Positions 13,305 to 28,490 of a stretch of 64,000 bases of DNA are shown here, piece after piece. Made by a program: the position numbers and the translations under genes. The first letter of the stretch is position 1, and each line of letters starts with the position of its first letter. Where the stretch lies: the NCBI RefSeq assembly GCF_009914755.1, contig NC_060934.1; one strand, 5' to 3'. Below the pieces are notes generated by a model. It did no database searches, was not told the origin of the DNA, and saw nothing but the letters and a program-made list of their open reading frames with translations. This stretch comes from the human T2T-CHM13v2.0 reference genome, Homo sapiens.

Positions 13305-14446
13305 ACAGAAATTGTAGTGTTATTATTATTCATCACTGATACCAGCCTATATGTAAGAATAAGTTTTTCCTTTTTTCAAAAATACACTAATGTGATTAAA
13401 ACCTTAAAAAAAATAAAAATAAAAAAATAATAAATAATAAAGGAAAGAGGTTGTTTAACTGACTCATAGTTCCACATGGTTGGGGAGGCCTCACAATCAT
13501 GGCAGAAGGCAAAGAAGAGCAAAGTCACGTCTTACGTGGATAGTTAACAGGCAAAGAGATAACTTGTGCAGGGAAACTCCCTCTTAAAAACCATCAGGGC
13601 TCATGAGACTTATTCACTATCATGAGAACAGCAGGGAAAGACCCACCCCCATGATTCAATTACCTCCTACCAGGTCCCTCCCACCAATACGTGGGAATTG
13701 TGGGAGCTACAATTCAAGATGAGATTTGGATGGGGACACAGCTAAATCATATCACGTAGTTGATCTGTTTTCAATTTTTATTCCACTGAAAGGTCAATTC
13801 AGATTTGCTAAAGTATCCTTGATTGATAGGATATACCTGGTTGGACACAATAAAAATCAGTTCCTTTACTGGAAACATGTGCACTTAAAGGAGAATGCTG
13901 AATCCCATCAAGGAACAAAACTTTCTCCCATTCTGTCCCCAGAAACTAGTCACAGAAGGGTTTGCATATTCTTTGTGGTGAGTGCATACTGATGACAACT
14001 TCTGTTTATTCCTCCAACCCACTTCCTAGAGCCAGGATAGCTTTGTGCATCTGATTCTTATGATGAAAATTGTTAGATTATTTTTGGGGAACTGCTGTGT
14101 ATGAGGCAGTATGCTTGGTCCTAGAAATGTGAAGGGTATAAAAACAAAAAAATATATAGAATGCATTTCTTGTCTACAAAAAAAGACGATTCTGGTTGAA
14201 GGAACTGGATGCAAATGGTTGAGCTTTTAGAGATAATGGGGAACTAGGGAGTACTAAATCACAGATTTGGTCCCATTTTTACTTATCCAAGACGAACATA
14301 AGAAATTCAATGGGAAAGGAATTCACCTGGGGCTCTTTGAGAAATAATGAGCTAAATGTATTGGAGACGTAAGTGAGAAAGGCCAGCAGTCAGCAGTTCT
14401 GTGCTCATCAAATTCAGGTTATGCACAGTCCTTTTCCTAGATATGT

Positions 14447-15028
14447 ATGGTAGTCTTACAGATGTGGCACATCTGGTCTCCAGAGATGCACCTCTCCCAA
14501 CCCATGAGCCATATACCCTGTATTCCTGTCTTTGTACAGTCCTCTCCCTTGAATCTGGGCTGCCTCCGTGACTCACTTTTGGCAGGTCTAACGTGGTGAA
14601 AGTTATGCCATGTGACTTTCAAGGTTAGGTGAGAAGCTTTGCAGCTCCTTAGGGTTTCTTGGAATGCTTGTTCTTGGGATGCTGTCTCTTGGAACCCAGA
14701 AAACAAGCTGTGAGAAGCTCAAGCTACACACAGCGGTCACATGTTTTTCTGTGGTCACCATCCCCAGCTGAGCTACCAGGTGACAGCCAGCACTGTCTGC
14801 CACTTGGGTGAGCCATCATGGATGTCCAGCTAAGATATCCAGCTAAGGCTTGAATAAGGCTTCACATGGCAGCCCCAGCAGCTATCTGACTGTTACCATG
14901 TCAGAGTCCTCAAATGAAAACTGCCCAACTGAGCTCAATGAATACACAGAACCATAAGATAATAAGTTGTTCTTTTAAGCTATCAAGTTCTGGGAGAGTT
15001 TGTTACACAGCAGTTGATAACTGGTACA
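14447..15028 (+). mobile_element. MLT1 (G/H-like) LTR
   Basis: ctcccttgaatctgggctg...ttggaaccc...aactgcccaactgagc...tttgttacacagcagttgataactggtaca. Confidence 0.8.
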
Positions 15029-15214
15029 AAATGTAATTTATGTCTTAAATATCAGCAAGCTTTTAATTTTTTTCACAGTTGTTATGTGACATTTTGAAGT
15101 CTCCATTTTTTTGTTTTTGCTTTTCTTACTTTTGACATACTATAAACTCGATCCTTTCAAATAGCTTTATGGAATAATATTGCTGTTCATTAGTTTTTAA
15201 ATCATAACCTTACA

Positions 15215-16300
<1,086 letters not shown>

Positions 16301-16390
16301 TAAATGAAATGTGCAGATAGTCTATGAATAAGTTAAAATTCAAGGCAAATATGTAAACTAATATAGGCATACTTTAAAAATCAAGCCATA

Positions 16391-16682
16391 GGCCAGGTGT
16401 GGTGCCTCACGCCTGTAATCCCAGCACTTTGGGAGGCTGAGGTGGGTAGATCACTAGAGGTCAGGAGTTCAAGACCGGCCTAGCCAACATAGTGAAACCC
16501 CGTCTCTACTAAAAACACAAAAATTAACCAGGCATGGTGGCTTGTGGCTGTAATCCCAGCTACTCAGGAGGCTGAGGCACGAGAATCACTTAAATATGGG
16601 AGGCAGAGGTTGCAGTGAGCTGAGATCACACCACTGCACTCCAGCCTGTTTGACACAGCGAGACTCTTTCTCAAAAAAAAAA
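16391..16682 (+). mobile_element. AluS
   Basis: Dimeric Alu; TSD aaaaatcaag(c/t)ca. Confidence 0.94.
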
Positions 16683-16807
16683 TCAAGTCACAAATATAAA
16701 TTCTGACATTTTTCCCTTTAACATTTTACAGTGACATTAATGAAAGGAGCTTGGAATACTCCAAAGAGTCATGGAAAAGGAGAAGGGAGTGTTAGTGATT
16801 TGACATC

Positions 16808-17585
<778 letters not shown>

Positions 17586-18017
17586 ACATCAGAACATTGT
17601 AATTCAAAGGAACACAAATTCAGGTTTACTTTGAAACTAAATATTTCTAGAATTAAATTTGTCCAGAGTTACATGGTCTAGTCTTACTTTCATACAACTC
17701 TCTTCTAACACACTGTGTTTGTGCTGGATATCCCTTTATGAGTTTTAAGAACTCTGAAATGTGAAAAGTACAAATAAGTAATCTCTTGCATTCCTATTTT
17801 AGTCAAAAGATCAGGCTCCAAATTGCTTTATTCATCTTTGAGTAGTATTGCAGAAAATTTTAACTGAAAATTATATTCAAAATACTGTTTTCAATTTCCT
17901 AATGGAACTGTAACCAATTAGTCAACCACAATTATTGAACAACCATGAGTACTGTATTCCCTGAGGAGAAAAAACATAGTTTTTAGGCAACTATAGCAAG
18001 ATGCAGCAAATGAGATT

Positions 18018-18020
<3 letters not shown>

Positions 18021-18065
<45 letters not shown>
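18021..18065. repeat. (CA)n microsatellite, ~22 units
   Basis: Uninterrupted ac repeat. Confidence 0.99.
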
Positions 18066-18067
<2 letters not shown>

Positions 18068-18121
18068 TACCCAGTAGATGCAGAATCAAGGCACTCTTTT
18101 ATTTAAAAAATCCTTTTCTCT

Positions 18122-18429
18122 GCCAGGCGCGGTGCCTCACACCTATAATCCCAGCACTTTGGGGGGCCAAGGTGGGCAGATCACTTGAGGTCAGGAGATC
18201 GAGACCAGCCTGGTCAACACGGTGAAACCCTGTCTCTGCTAAAAATACAAAAATCAGCCGGGCGTGGCAGCACATACCTGTCCTCCCAGCTACTCAGGAG
18301 GTTGAAGTGGGAGAATTGCTTTAACCCAGGAGGCAGAGATTACAGTGAGCCAAGATGGCATCACTGCACTCCAGCCTGGGCGACAGAGCAAGACTCCATC
18401 TCAAAACAAAGAAAAGTAAAGTAAAAAAA
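18122..18429 (+). mobile_element. AluS
   Basis: Dimeric Alu. Confidence 0.93.
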
Positions 18430-18484
18430 TTTTTCTCCAGTTTTGTGTCTATTTTAATTTTTCTTCTGATTTTGAACTGATTAA

Positions 18485-18941
<457 letters not shown>

Positions 18942-19440
18942 AAAGTTGTCTTCATTTTGAGTAAGATTTTTAAAAATGTAAAATACTTACCACAGAGAAC
19001 ATTTTCAGCAAATGGTAGCTATTATAATTGTAGATGCTGGATGGATGGATGGCACAGAGTTATCAGTGGCTTAAGCCCCTGCTGATAGCACTGATATTTA
19101 CGTGACGTTTAGCTGTGTGGCCCCCTTTAGTTGTTCTATCCTTCATAAAATTTTACTCCAAAATATGTTTTTTGAGGAGTCCTGGAACATTATTATTTTT
19201 AAAATAAGTAGGAACCATAATTCCAAAGAATTCTTAGACACATAAGGGCAACATATGGTCCTTTAAAAATATATAGATGAGCAATTCTTTTAGAGTAGGT
19301 TGAAAGAGACTGAAAGAAAAAAATCCAGATGCCATTTGATTTCAGTGAGAGAAGAGTCTAAAAAGCACTCCTTTGACTTAATAGATCTTTTTTGAGAGGT
19401 ATATGACATCTCTGTATCTTAATTTCCTTCTCTTTAAAGT

Positions 19441-19674
19441 TTTTTTCTTTTTTCTTTTTCTTTTTTTTTTTTTTTTTTTTTTTTTTTGCCTCAGCCTCCT
19501 AAGTAGCTGGGACTGTAAGCGCGCGCCACCATGCCTGGCTAATTTTTGTATTTTTATAGACACGGGGTTTCACCGTGTTGGTCAGGCCGGTCCCAAACTC
19601 CTGACCTCAGGTGATCCGCCCACCTCGGCCTCCGAAAATGCTGGGATTACAGGCATGAGCCACTGAGCCTGGCC
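19441..19674 (-). mobile_element. AluS lacking the distal right arm
   Basis: T-tail joins directly to gcctcagcctcc; TSD tcctt(c/t)tctttaaagt. Confidence 0.92.
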
Positions 19675-20059
19675 TCCTTTTCTTTAAAGTGTTTATGTTA
19701 ATACCTATTTCCCAGATTGCTTGAGGCTGAGTATATATAAATGTCTTTGTGCATATAATAGAAGCTCAAGAAAAGTGACATCCAGTTTCTGGCTCCCTCT
19801 GTCACCTCCCATCACCTCAATCTCTTGGTCAAAGTGACCATTCTCCCAGGAAGAAAAAAACTCAATGAAATAAAATAATAACATGCATTTCTTCTGTTGT
19901 AACTGACCTTTCAATCTAAAAGAACATCAGAATTTGGAAGAAAAAGTAAAAAGTGAAATAGATGGTTCCTTCCACCTCTATTTGTTTCTGAGCAGCTTCT
20001 GGTGGCCAAATGTTTTCTTGGTAGCATATTCCCTCCAGCAGAACCTTCCAGAATGCTTC

Positions 20060-20575
20060 ACTCCGGTGAAGAGAAGGACAACAGGCTTTCTAATCACACG
20101 GTGTTGCTTGCTGAGGGGGAAGGCAGAGGTCCGCCTGTATAATCCGATTTCATCAGCTCACACTAATCACTACTGATAGTAGCAAAATTTAGCCTGGATC
20201 TGCGCTGTTAATCTAGATTGACAGGAGGTAAAAGGAGAGGAACGCAAGGGCACAGGAACAAAGGGCGGAGCGCCAGCACTGATTTCCAGCCTTGCTCTTC
20301 CGTCTGGGGCTTCTAATTTGGTCCCCTTTGGGGCTTCTATTTTTCTTACCTTATAAACAAATGTCCCTGGTTGTTAGGATACCAGCCTTTCATGGAGCGG
20401 TTTCATCAACAACAGGTGCGCAGTGAGCTTCTGGAACTGCAGGGAGAGCGATAACCTACGTCGTGAGGCTGCGCAGAAGGTACTTACAGGTACTCATTGT
20501 ACCTGAGACTATGTATTATTTATTGAAACTGAGCCCTGAATTATCTTTATCCTCTGAGCGGCACTAGTGCCTCCT
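20060..20575. promoter_or_regulatory. Candidate CpG-retaining regulatory element
   Basis: 16 CpGs in ~500 bp of apparently unique DNA; GC box at 20263, TGCGCA x2, E-box. Confidence 0.35.
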
Positions 20576-21723
20576 AAAATGGATGCCAACAGCAGCTAAT
20601 CTACAAGAGCTCCCACATGCTCCTTGCTCTCATTATTTTTCTTATTAGTAATTGTAAGTGGTAGCTACCAAGCTTCTTATTAAAGCTTGGAGAGTAATTG
20701 GGAATTGCAATTGAACAGCCGAGAGAGGAACACCTCTGTGATTTTGGACGTTTCCACGTGGACTGAAGTTTTAATTTTTTCAAGGGACTACTCCACTTCG
20801 GATGTTGTGGCTATACAGAAGATAACATGTTGCAGATTCTGCCTCCATAGTGATCAGAGTAGCAATCTGTGATGTGTGTGTTCACGTGCTTAATGCCCAG
20901 AAGGAAGATGGGCTATGGGAAGGTTACTTTCGCTGTTACTTATGATATCTGTGTCTGGCAAACCAGAGAACTTTTTGCATTTGGGTAACAAAGACGTTTG
21001 GAAATATACTCCATTGGATTTTCCATGTTGGTGAAACTATTGTTGACCGCTTCAGTACTGTATGTTGCCATGCCAAAATCACCTAAGGGCAAAAATGTCT
21101 CCTGGGTAAGTAGATGTTGATTTTATATCTCTTAAAAAGTATATTTTAAGCAGAAACACATGCTTTAAGAACTTAAAGACATCTAGTTGTTTCATGTTGG
21201 TAAGAGTATTTGGAAAACCTTCAGAAAGCATTTGTCTTAGAAAAGCATATAAATATCTTTGTAAGTGTTAGAAATCCTTTGGCAAAGTCACGGTGGAGTG
21301 CTTGCTAAAATATGAACTATAAGACATGTAAACACTCAGTTTGTTTTGCCATTTTTAGGTTTTTAGGTTTGCTTCACCTTTGCATACACACACAGAATTT
21401 AAAGTGCATTCATACAAAGTCAAGGTTATGATTTTAACATGTTTTCAACTCCAAAACTGTTTGTGTTGAGTAAAGATTGCCTAGATTTCTTTTTTGGGGT
21501 AAGTCAAATGTTAAGGGTAGAATATGTGATTTTCATTATTCAGTGATATTGTTGGTGTGTTCCTTTTTTCCTTGGAAACAAGATAGCATAGCTGTTTCTT
21601 AATTTTACGTATCTAAGTAATTGCCCTCAATCAATGATAGACATGTATAAAGTTTAACATTTCAGTAATAACAACGGCATGTTAATCCTAATCAAATTTG
21701 ACTCCTTAATATTGTTTCAAGGT

Positions 21724-22105
<382 letters not shown>

Positions 22106-23734
22106 TTAAAAAATAAGGGCTTTAGTTTCCTGCTATCATGTTAAGTGAGCTTGATACATTAAAATTAACAGGCAAATGGATTCCTTTCTATTCTGTACAG
22201 AAAGTTGTGTGTCTAAACACCAAATTTTTTACCACCAGCCCATGCAACCTCGACCATACTCATCATAGAATTTATTATTAGATCATCATTATGGTTTTTT
22301 GGCAATAATGTAGGAAAAATAAATAATTCCATCTTTTTGGTCAAGAGATAACGTTTACTACCTTAATTTGAAATTCACCAATTAGGTTATTCTTACTTTA
22401 TATGAAATAGCACCATATTTGTCTAAAAATGGTTATTGTGGCTTTTTTCTGTTATAGACAGTTATTCTTTAAGAGTACTTAATTAAAAGAGGTGTACCTT
22501 AGTTTGAAACACAACTCTCAAAATTATTTCAGAAAAATTGACAAAATTTTTGAAGTTAATTCGCTTTTAATAATGGATACTTTTTGTCTTCATATTATTG
22601 TTATCGTTGATTCTTCACTTCCTCTTAGTAAAACCAAGAGATATGATTCAGGAACCTTTGGCCTAACTGGTGAGTTTCTTTCCCTCCTTATACGGATGGG
22701 TCCAAGGGCTAGTTCTGATGTCCAAATGTGAGTTTGCTACTTTCTGCCAGCACATAAACATTAAAGAAAAGAGTCGTTTCAGAAGTACATCCCCTCCTTC
22801 ATCTGATTAATACTCCTAAAAGATTAATTCTGTCAAACTAGTGCCTGCCTAATGGCATGTTTCTACCATGAAAGCAAAACTTGAAACATTAAGCTCAGAC
22901 TCTACCCTTGGGTTGGGTTTACTTCATACTCAATTATGCTAATATTTTTTGAAAAGTTCAAGTTGTTGGCTAAAAATTTAGGAGCACTTATTTCAAGAGA
23001 GTCAGCATAGTTTCATTTCCTCAGGTTAAAAATTCCCCGGTGTATCCCACACTATTACAAAATGCCTCTGTACCAGGTTTGTCCAAAGATGAGTTATGAG
23101 TTTAATGACTGCCATATTACAGAGAATACAGTCATTTGGTTGGTGTGTGCTGATTATGCAGTGGTCCAATCATTCATGTTAATGACTATGATAAAATTCC
23201 TTAGTTTGACTTTAGGGCATAGAGAGAGAGACTTTGAAATGTTGATCATTGCTTCAGTTTTCACCAGTCACGGTTTTTTAGGTATTGAATGACGTTTCCC
23301 TGCATTTTTTGGCTATGTGAAGTGAAATGTATCTGGTCTTCCTGCTTTTGCCACTGGCCAGTTTCCATTTGGATATTTATTTAGACTTGAGTTCAGGAGG
23401 AGAATAAAATGATTCCCCTTGTCTCTTTAACCACATAGTAAACTTCCCAGTGGTGACAGAAGATCATGTAACTCTTCCTCCCTGGCCCCTCGGGCACGTT
23501 TCCGAGACCTGCTTCACTCCATGTGATAAACATGAACACATCTTGTGGAACACTGCAAGCCCCAGAGTGGACCACCACCTTCTTTCTCCTGTTCATGCCT
23601 GGTCAGAGTGGTATCTAGGCAACTGGTTAAACTGCTTGACAGTGTAGCTCTCTGTGCAATGGAAAAGATGATAGCAACCAGCATGTTCTCTGAGATGTGC
23701 TGAGGCTTATCAGATCATCCTGGTACAAGGGTTC

Positions 23735-24125
23735 GACATTCATTCAACAAATGTTCACAGAGTGCCTCTTCTATGATCCTCTAGGTACCGAGGACGCAGT
23801 GAAAAAGATCCTTGAGAATCTCCAACATCATAGAGCTTACATTCTAGGGAAGGGAGAAAGACAAAAAGCAAATACCTAAGTAGTACATAAGATGGTGAAT
23901 GAAATAGAACAGGGAAGGGGTTAGGAAGTGCCAGGAATTGAGAGGTGGTGTTGCCAATTGGTTGGTTAAACCTATTTGAGCAGAGACTTGAAGAAGGTAA
24001 CAGAGTCAGCCACGGGGAAATGTGGGACTCAAGCATTCCCTGCAAAGGAAAAATGCTCAGATGCAAAGGCAGGAGTCTGCCCAGAATGTGAGGAATGGCC
24101 AGAAGGCTAATATGGCTGAATCGTA
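23735..24125 (-). mobile_element. L2 fragment
   Basis: cattcattcaacaaatgttcacagagtgcc...agagcttacattctaggg...tttgagcagagacttgaagaagg. Confidence 0.75.
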
Positions 24126-25346
24126 GTGTCATTCTTTCAGTTTCCTGTGTCTCTTGTATGTATTTGCATATCTTTAGTAGTTCTTCATGGGGGATTCCAA
24201 GACAGTCCTCAATTCCTCTGTTCAAATCCCCAGAGAATTCTGACATGTAGGAACTTCGTAAGAAGGTGCACACCAGTGCCTGCCAATGAAGGTTATAGGT
24301 GACAGGAGAGAGGGGGCAGAGCACTGCAGACGCCCATCTCATCACCCTGACACAGTCAAGCTTCATAAGCAGCCCTGAAGAGTTGATAATTTTGTTATTT
24401 TTATTTTTTTACCGATATTGAGGCAGTTTTACAAATGAGTATTATGGTGTTTTATAATAAGAGAAGTTAGGAGCAATTTTAATATTAAAGATAGTATTAA
24501 AAGGGGGGATTTAAGGATACAGGCTAATAGGACACAGCACTTCCAATAACAATGCATACTTTTTGTTAGAAAATGGTGCACAATTCCAAACTTTATTATA
24601 GAATCTCCATATATTCTTTGAGTATAAAAATCCTTCCTGTTTTTTGAGACATGATCCTGCTTCCACTTGTTCATGACAACTGCATAGACCCCTAATGGCT
24701 GTAGACCTGACTTTATACCACACTAACCAAGTTTGTTGAAAAGTCACTTTGCCTTGGCAATACAAAAATAATGGACTCCACTTAGGATCCTGATGCTAGG
24801 CAAACTCTCTTGCTGTTCTTTTAATTCTCAGGAACTGAAATCAGTCACACTGAACCTCCCAGTGTTCCATATCTATGGTCCTACATATAACAATGATTAC
24901 TTGTATATGGTACATTTCATTGGTTGTTCTTAATGTTTTTTATTATGTGTCATAAGACACTAATACCATTTAAGAAAATGAAGGGAAGCTGTAAAGAACA
25001 TAAATGAGTGACTTAGGTTCACATAACAAAGAATGCTAGAGATTAAATAAGAACTCAGAATTTTGGAGTTTGCTTTCTGTTTCTTGATTGAGATACTCCT
25101 AGCAAATACATTAAGTATGTGCATGTTATTATATTATAAAAGTAGATGTTACTAGAAATTGGCTAAAAGACTAACAATGACAATTAAACATACTGCATAG
25201 ACGATGAGACATTGACTCATTTTTGAAGGGGAAAAGGAAAGGGTTCTGCCAGGGACAGAAGTCCATCACCTTTCCTTGGTCATTGAATGTTATTTCCATG
25301 TAGATGTCTCTCTCCAGTTGTCAAAAATCACTATTCTTTTTGCGTG

Positions 25347-25377
<31 letters not shown>

Positions 25378-26171
25378 CCGTGATCACTGTATCTGTCTTG
25401 ATGAATTTTTTTCAAACTGAATGGCTTTAAGTTATGACTTTATCAGAGATCTATCTCTTGTTGCTTTTACCTAATTTGATATGCAGGTTTCACTGCAACA
25501 TCTAGATTACTGGTCTTTCCGACAATAACAGTTTCTAAAAATATCTGATTTTATATTTTTCTTTTTTATTCTCTGAATGTTTGCCACTGTCATCAGAAAG
25601 AGCTCCCTGTTGTTACTCTCCTTTGTTCCCTTTCTGGATTACATTAGGTTTACTGAACTTGTTCAAACATCTCTGAAGATTTTAATTTTTTCAACTTTAC
25701 TCACACTTGACAGGAAATCATAGTGTGTCTGGTGATACAGATACGCTATTTACTTACGCTCACAGCCATGAAGATTTTTCCAGACACTCATACGTTGAGA
25801 GAGTATTTTCTTCTCCAATAAATTAATAAGCATATAGATATATTTTTTTTAATAGATAACTCTATGTCTAGGGAAACCTGAGAGATCACACCAGGTGGCT
25901 TCAGTGAATATGAATATTCACTAGCCAGCCATAAAGCATTAGGAAGTATGTGTTTGTATACAGCCTGCCACTACCGATTATATTTAATATTCAAATGTGT
26001 ACCTTTTAAAAATCAAAGTTCAAACTTACAGGGTACTTAGAGATTTAAAAGGGAACAAGTCATCAGTTCCTATCTCAAAACTGGCCCATTTACCCTTCTT
26101 TCCTCTTTCTCATTTCTGATCCTGGAAACAAAATTATTTTCTCATACAACATCGAGAGCATTGCAGACAAT

Positions 26172-26390
26172 GTATTATAGTGAGAAAGTATGTGCGGTAG
26201 AGGCAGATTCTGAGTTTAAATCCTGATTCTGCTAGTAGTTGTTGACTTTGGACAAATTATTAACCACTAAGGTTTCCGTCATTCATCTGTAAAATGAGGA
26301 TAATAACACTTTTCCTGTAGGAGTATTTTTTAAAACAACATGTAAAAAGTATGTATTGTAGTGCCAGCGCATAAAAGTAATTTGTTAAAA
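26172..26390 (+). mobile_element. MIR
   Basis: gagtttaaatcctgattctgc...gactttggacaaattattaacc...catctgtaaaatgaggataataac. Confidence 0.8.
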
Positions 26391-26610
26391 TCGTTTCCTC
26401 CTTTTGTCTGCCCTTTCTTTTCCAATCCTACTGCTATAACATGAATTCGGGGATTTATCGTCTTGTATCTACTAGACACCATGGCAGCCTTCATACCAAT
26501 TGCTAACTTCCCTTCTCCATTCCATTCCAAGCACTTCTATTCAATATGTTTCCTTTAATCCAGATTTTCATCAGTTTTGAAGCACATCATAATCCTTTAA
26601 AAATTCCTCA

Positions 26611-26923
<313 letters not shown>

Positions 26924-27434
26924 TCACCATCCATAGATAATTAAACATTTCCAGGCCGACTGAATTCCTCCACGGAGAAGACAGGAGAGGGATTCAGAAC
27001 CAACCTGAGCCCAGGGCTGCTCCACTCCCTGCTCTCTACCTTCTTCCCCTTGGGTTTGAGCCCAGATTTTAGGTGAGATGAGCTTTCAGCTGGTGGAACA
27101 TCTCTCTTCCGTTTTGCTGTGATAACAACTCTAGTTCTTATGTGGAGGGAGGGATTAAAGTGCATTGGAGTGCACTATCCCTCCACAGAAGTGCTTCACC
27201 CTGCAGCGCAAATGTGCTTCCTCCTGGGTTGGGCATCTAGCCCAGGTATTTCTGAGTCTGACGATCATGGAGTGAAGGCCGAAGAATGTGGATAAAGAAA
27301 GGGAAGGAGAATCAAATAATGCCCCCCAAGTTACTAAGTGTCTTGCTGAACTTTTGCTTTTTCTATGTGGGTGAAGGTAAAAAGAGATAACTCGAGACAG
27401 TGCAGGAAAAATATCATTTAAAACCTAACCTTGA

Positions 27435-27730
27435 GGCTGGGCGTACTGGCTCACGCCTGTAATCCTAGCACTTTGGAAGGCTGAGATTGGTGGATCACCT
27501 GAGGTCAGGAGTTCAAGACCAGCCTGGCCAATGTGGCAAAACCCCATCTCTACTAAAAATACCAAAATTAGCTGGGCATGGTGGTGGGCGCCTGTAACTC
27601 CAGCCACTCGGGAGGCTGAGGCAGGAGAATCACCTGAATCCGGTGGGGCGGAGGTTGCAGTGAGCCGAGATTACGCCATTTCACTCCAGCCTGGGCGAAA
27701 GAGCGAAACTCTGTCTCAAAAAAAAAAAAA
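27435..27730 (+). mobile_element. AluS
   Basis: Dimeric Alu; perfect TSD aaaacctaaccttgag. Confidence 0.95.
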
Positions 27731-28327
27731 CCTAACCTTGAGATCACTATATCCAGACTAAACAATGAAGAGAATGTACAGTGTGAAATTTCTAGGAGAA
27801 AATGTTGATCTATGTCATAGATCATTTTAAATGCCACAGGTGAGGCCGTAAGGGCCCAGGAATGGGAGAACCAGTTGTGAATCATTCCCTAAAATCAAGA
27901 GGTGATACAATGTGCAATGTGTTACCAACTCATAGCCAGTTCCAAGAGATCTGGGTCTATATCCGGTTTGGGGATTTTGTCTCCACTACTCCAGCCTTAG
28001 TGCAGGCTGGCTGTGAGTTGCAGCCCTGGTGGACATTAGATGTCTTGGCCAGCAGGTCACCGGACCTTTCAGAGAAAACATGCCACCTTCTTGTAGTTCA
28101 ACTGCACTGTGAGAGGGGCAGATGGATAATCCCTCATTTAAAGGTAAGAGGTAAAGCAGAGGTAATAAGAATGGCGGGTTTCTTCCACTCTGCAAAAACT
28201 GCTGTATGGGCTGTGTGGGCACACCTTTGAGCTCTTAGATGGAGACGAGCTCAGGGATAGTGCCTTTGGAGAAAAGGTTGGAGAGATTGCACTGTGAGAG
28301 GCTTCAAATCAAGTTACCAAGTAAATA

Positions 28328-28490
28328 ATGAGTGCAGCACACCAACATGGCACATGTATACACATGTAACAAACCTGCACGTTGTGCACATGTACCCTAA
28401 AACTTAAAGTATACTAAAAAAAAAAAAAATAAAAAATAAAAGAAAAGAAAAAATAAAAAGAAAAAAATAAAATAAAAAAAGAAAAAAAAA
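28328..28490 (+). mobile_element. Extremely 5'-truncated young L1PA (~90 bp plus long A-tail)
   Basis: gtgcagcacaccaacatggcac...ccctaaaacttaaagtata; perfect 17-bp TSD aagttaccaagtaaata at 28311-28327 and 28489-28505. Confidence 0.95.

Larger units (their letters stand above)
12087..13754 (-). mobile_element. THE1 (THE1B-like) solo LTR, split by an L1 (LTR pieces 12087-12160 and 13456-13754)
   Basis: tatattagtccatttccacactgctgataaagac...; resumes taactgactcatagttccacatgg...ggggacacagctaaatcatatca; 5-bp TSD cctag/cgtag. Confidence 0.92.

Noticed and set aside
23755-24366. 203-aa ORF, the longest in the track
   Set aside because: About 60% overlaps a decayed L2. No recognisable domain or exon context.
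27862-28230. 122-aa ORF in unique sequence, with an aag|gtaaga donor near 28143
   Set aside because: No recognisable homology and no convincing upstream acceptor; expected by chance.
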